A stretch of 64,000 bases of DNA from Gekko japonicus (lineage: Eukaryota). The stretch covers positions 355,403-419,402 of the forward strand of contig NW_015172574.1 in NCBI RefSeq assembly GCF_001447785.1, in the 5' to 3' direction. The translations under genes and the position numbers were made by a program. Shown piece by piece: positions 62,409-64,000 of this stretch (position 1 is its first letter; each line of letters starts with the position of its first letter). A model generated the notes under the pieces. The model saw only the letters and a program-made list of their open reading frames with translations. It ran no database searches and was not told the DNA's origin.

Positions 62409-63962
62409 AAAAGAAGAAGCAAGTTTGTGGACTGTAATTGGAATAGAAACTACAGTGACTGTGGCTGACTCAAGCAAGAGCAGATACATGAAAGAGGGTA
62501 GCAGAGTCATGTCAAGGTATTTCCTGTCGTGTGCATGGCCTAGTCTTCCCTCCCATGCAATCCTATGTTCATATGTCCCCTTCACTATGGCCAATTTTAA
62601 AACATCTGTTTTATGGTGTCCCAAAAGGCAAATTAATTGTTACCATTTCATACAATTACGTCTGTGAACGGGATACACCCCAGGGCTTTACACGCCCTGC
62701 ACTAATTAAAAGCAAAATTCTTAATCGAGGCAACTTACATTGCAAGCACAAACATTTAAAAAATGCTAGCTAGTTTTTCTTACATGTTTGATTTAAACAC
62801 AGAAATTCTTGGCAGACCTGGATATACAATTAGATGACTGGCAGCAAGGGGTGTGTGGAAGCATCAGACGACACTACAAGACGCATAAGTGTCACCCTGT
62901 GGACACCTGAGCCTCCTGCCGAACTCCATGAGGTTGAAGAAATTATATATTAGGTCCAGGCAACCTGATATGGATCTGCCGCTCTGCAGGTCCTGAATTT
63001 AAAAATGACTTCAGAAGGCACAGCATCAAAAACTAGTGCCTTGTATCATCAGTGAAGATGCTCTGGCAGTTGTACATCTGTGTACTGATGCCGCTAAAGC
63101 TGCGGTTCCCCACTCCTGGTTTTTTCCTCACCCAGGATGCTGAGAGTATATGCAGAATTACATAGTTAAAAGTGTACTGCCTGTGTGTAACAAACACACC
63201 TTGTGTGTGTAACAAACACTATGAGAACCTACTAACAAACAAACAGGGAGGGGGGAATGCTCAGCAATCCATATACTATGACCTGCCCAATGCTCAGTCG
63301 ACAATCCCAGCTTTTAAGCAGCAACACACAGGCTGTGTTTGGCTCAACAAAGGCTTGCTTGGCAACAACACAGGTGGTTTTGGAAAGCGAACCCAAAATT
63401 TGCAGACCAAAATTGCTGCTTCTTTCAAAAACATTCACTTGCATAGCTGAGAAGCTCACTTTTAAACAAACAAATGAAAAGCAAAGATGGCCAGGCATTC
63501 AGCTTCTACAGCATATACCAGGCTGCCCTGGAAATTCCACATGGATGGAAGTCACAGAGAACTCTGCTCCTTTGACCAACACCTGTTGCTTTTGCCCCCT
63601 GGTAGGGATGTTAGGTTGGCCAATGCTGTCTCTGAGGCTTTTTGGTTACAGTTATTTTATGAAATAGCCTTCCTGGAATCATTAGAAAGGCTTCCACATA
63701 ACTCGTGTTCCACAATTTGTGCAAGACATAAGGGCTTTTGACATTTCCACCAGATTATTTTTTTTGAGGGACTAGCTAGTTTTGTTTGTTAGTTCTGATA
63801 GTTTTTAATTATATGTTGTATTTCTATAATCAGTCCAGTTCTGGTTTTTAACAATATGCTCTAAATAAATAAATAAATCTCAGATGTACCCAAGTTAAGC
63901 AAAGACACAGCCAGCCACAGACAGAGGCACACATATGGAAAAGCACCACAAAGCCAACTCAC

Positions 63963-64000
63963 ATGTCACCCATGAGGCGAGAGTCTTCTGCTCGAACTAG
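63963..64000 (-). CDS. BBS2: BBS2 third-to-last coding exon, partial (LVRAEDSRLMGDM)
   Basis: GTGAGT donor at 63962; peptide resembles BBS2 ...AEDARLMRDM; exon runs off the window. Confidence 0.88.

Overview
Vertebrate genomic DNA. The repeat content (Sauria SINE, Squam3-like and 5S-derived SINEs, L2, CR1, RTE/BovB, Penelope) points to a squamate reptile, probably a gecko. The window holds the conserved syntenic block AMFR(-), NUDT21(-), OGFOD1(+), BBS2(-), in the same order as human 16q13. Exons were traced by hand from splice sites and reading frame. AMFR: coding exons 1-4 (exon 1 runs into an assembly gap; the gene continues left of the window). NUDT21: complete, 7 exons, 684 nt, 227 aa. 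OGFOD1: complete, 13 exons, 1632 nt, 543 aa, with one GC-AG intron. BBS2: last three coding exons. NUDT21 and OGFOD1 share a CpG-island bidirectional promoter with about 650 bp between the two ATGs. The introns are filled with nested transposable elements. I see no clear novel multi-gene system. The most interesting unexplained structures are TE-derived: minimal hammerhead-ribozyme cores in Penelope remnants, a 2.3-kb TSD-flanked retroelement with no reverse transcriptase inserted into a Penelope inverted repeat, a SINE tail supplying an OGFOD1 polypyrimidine tract, and an L2 LINE with an inversion plus duplication. Family names come from recalled motifs, not database searches.
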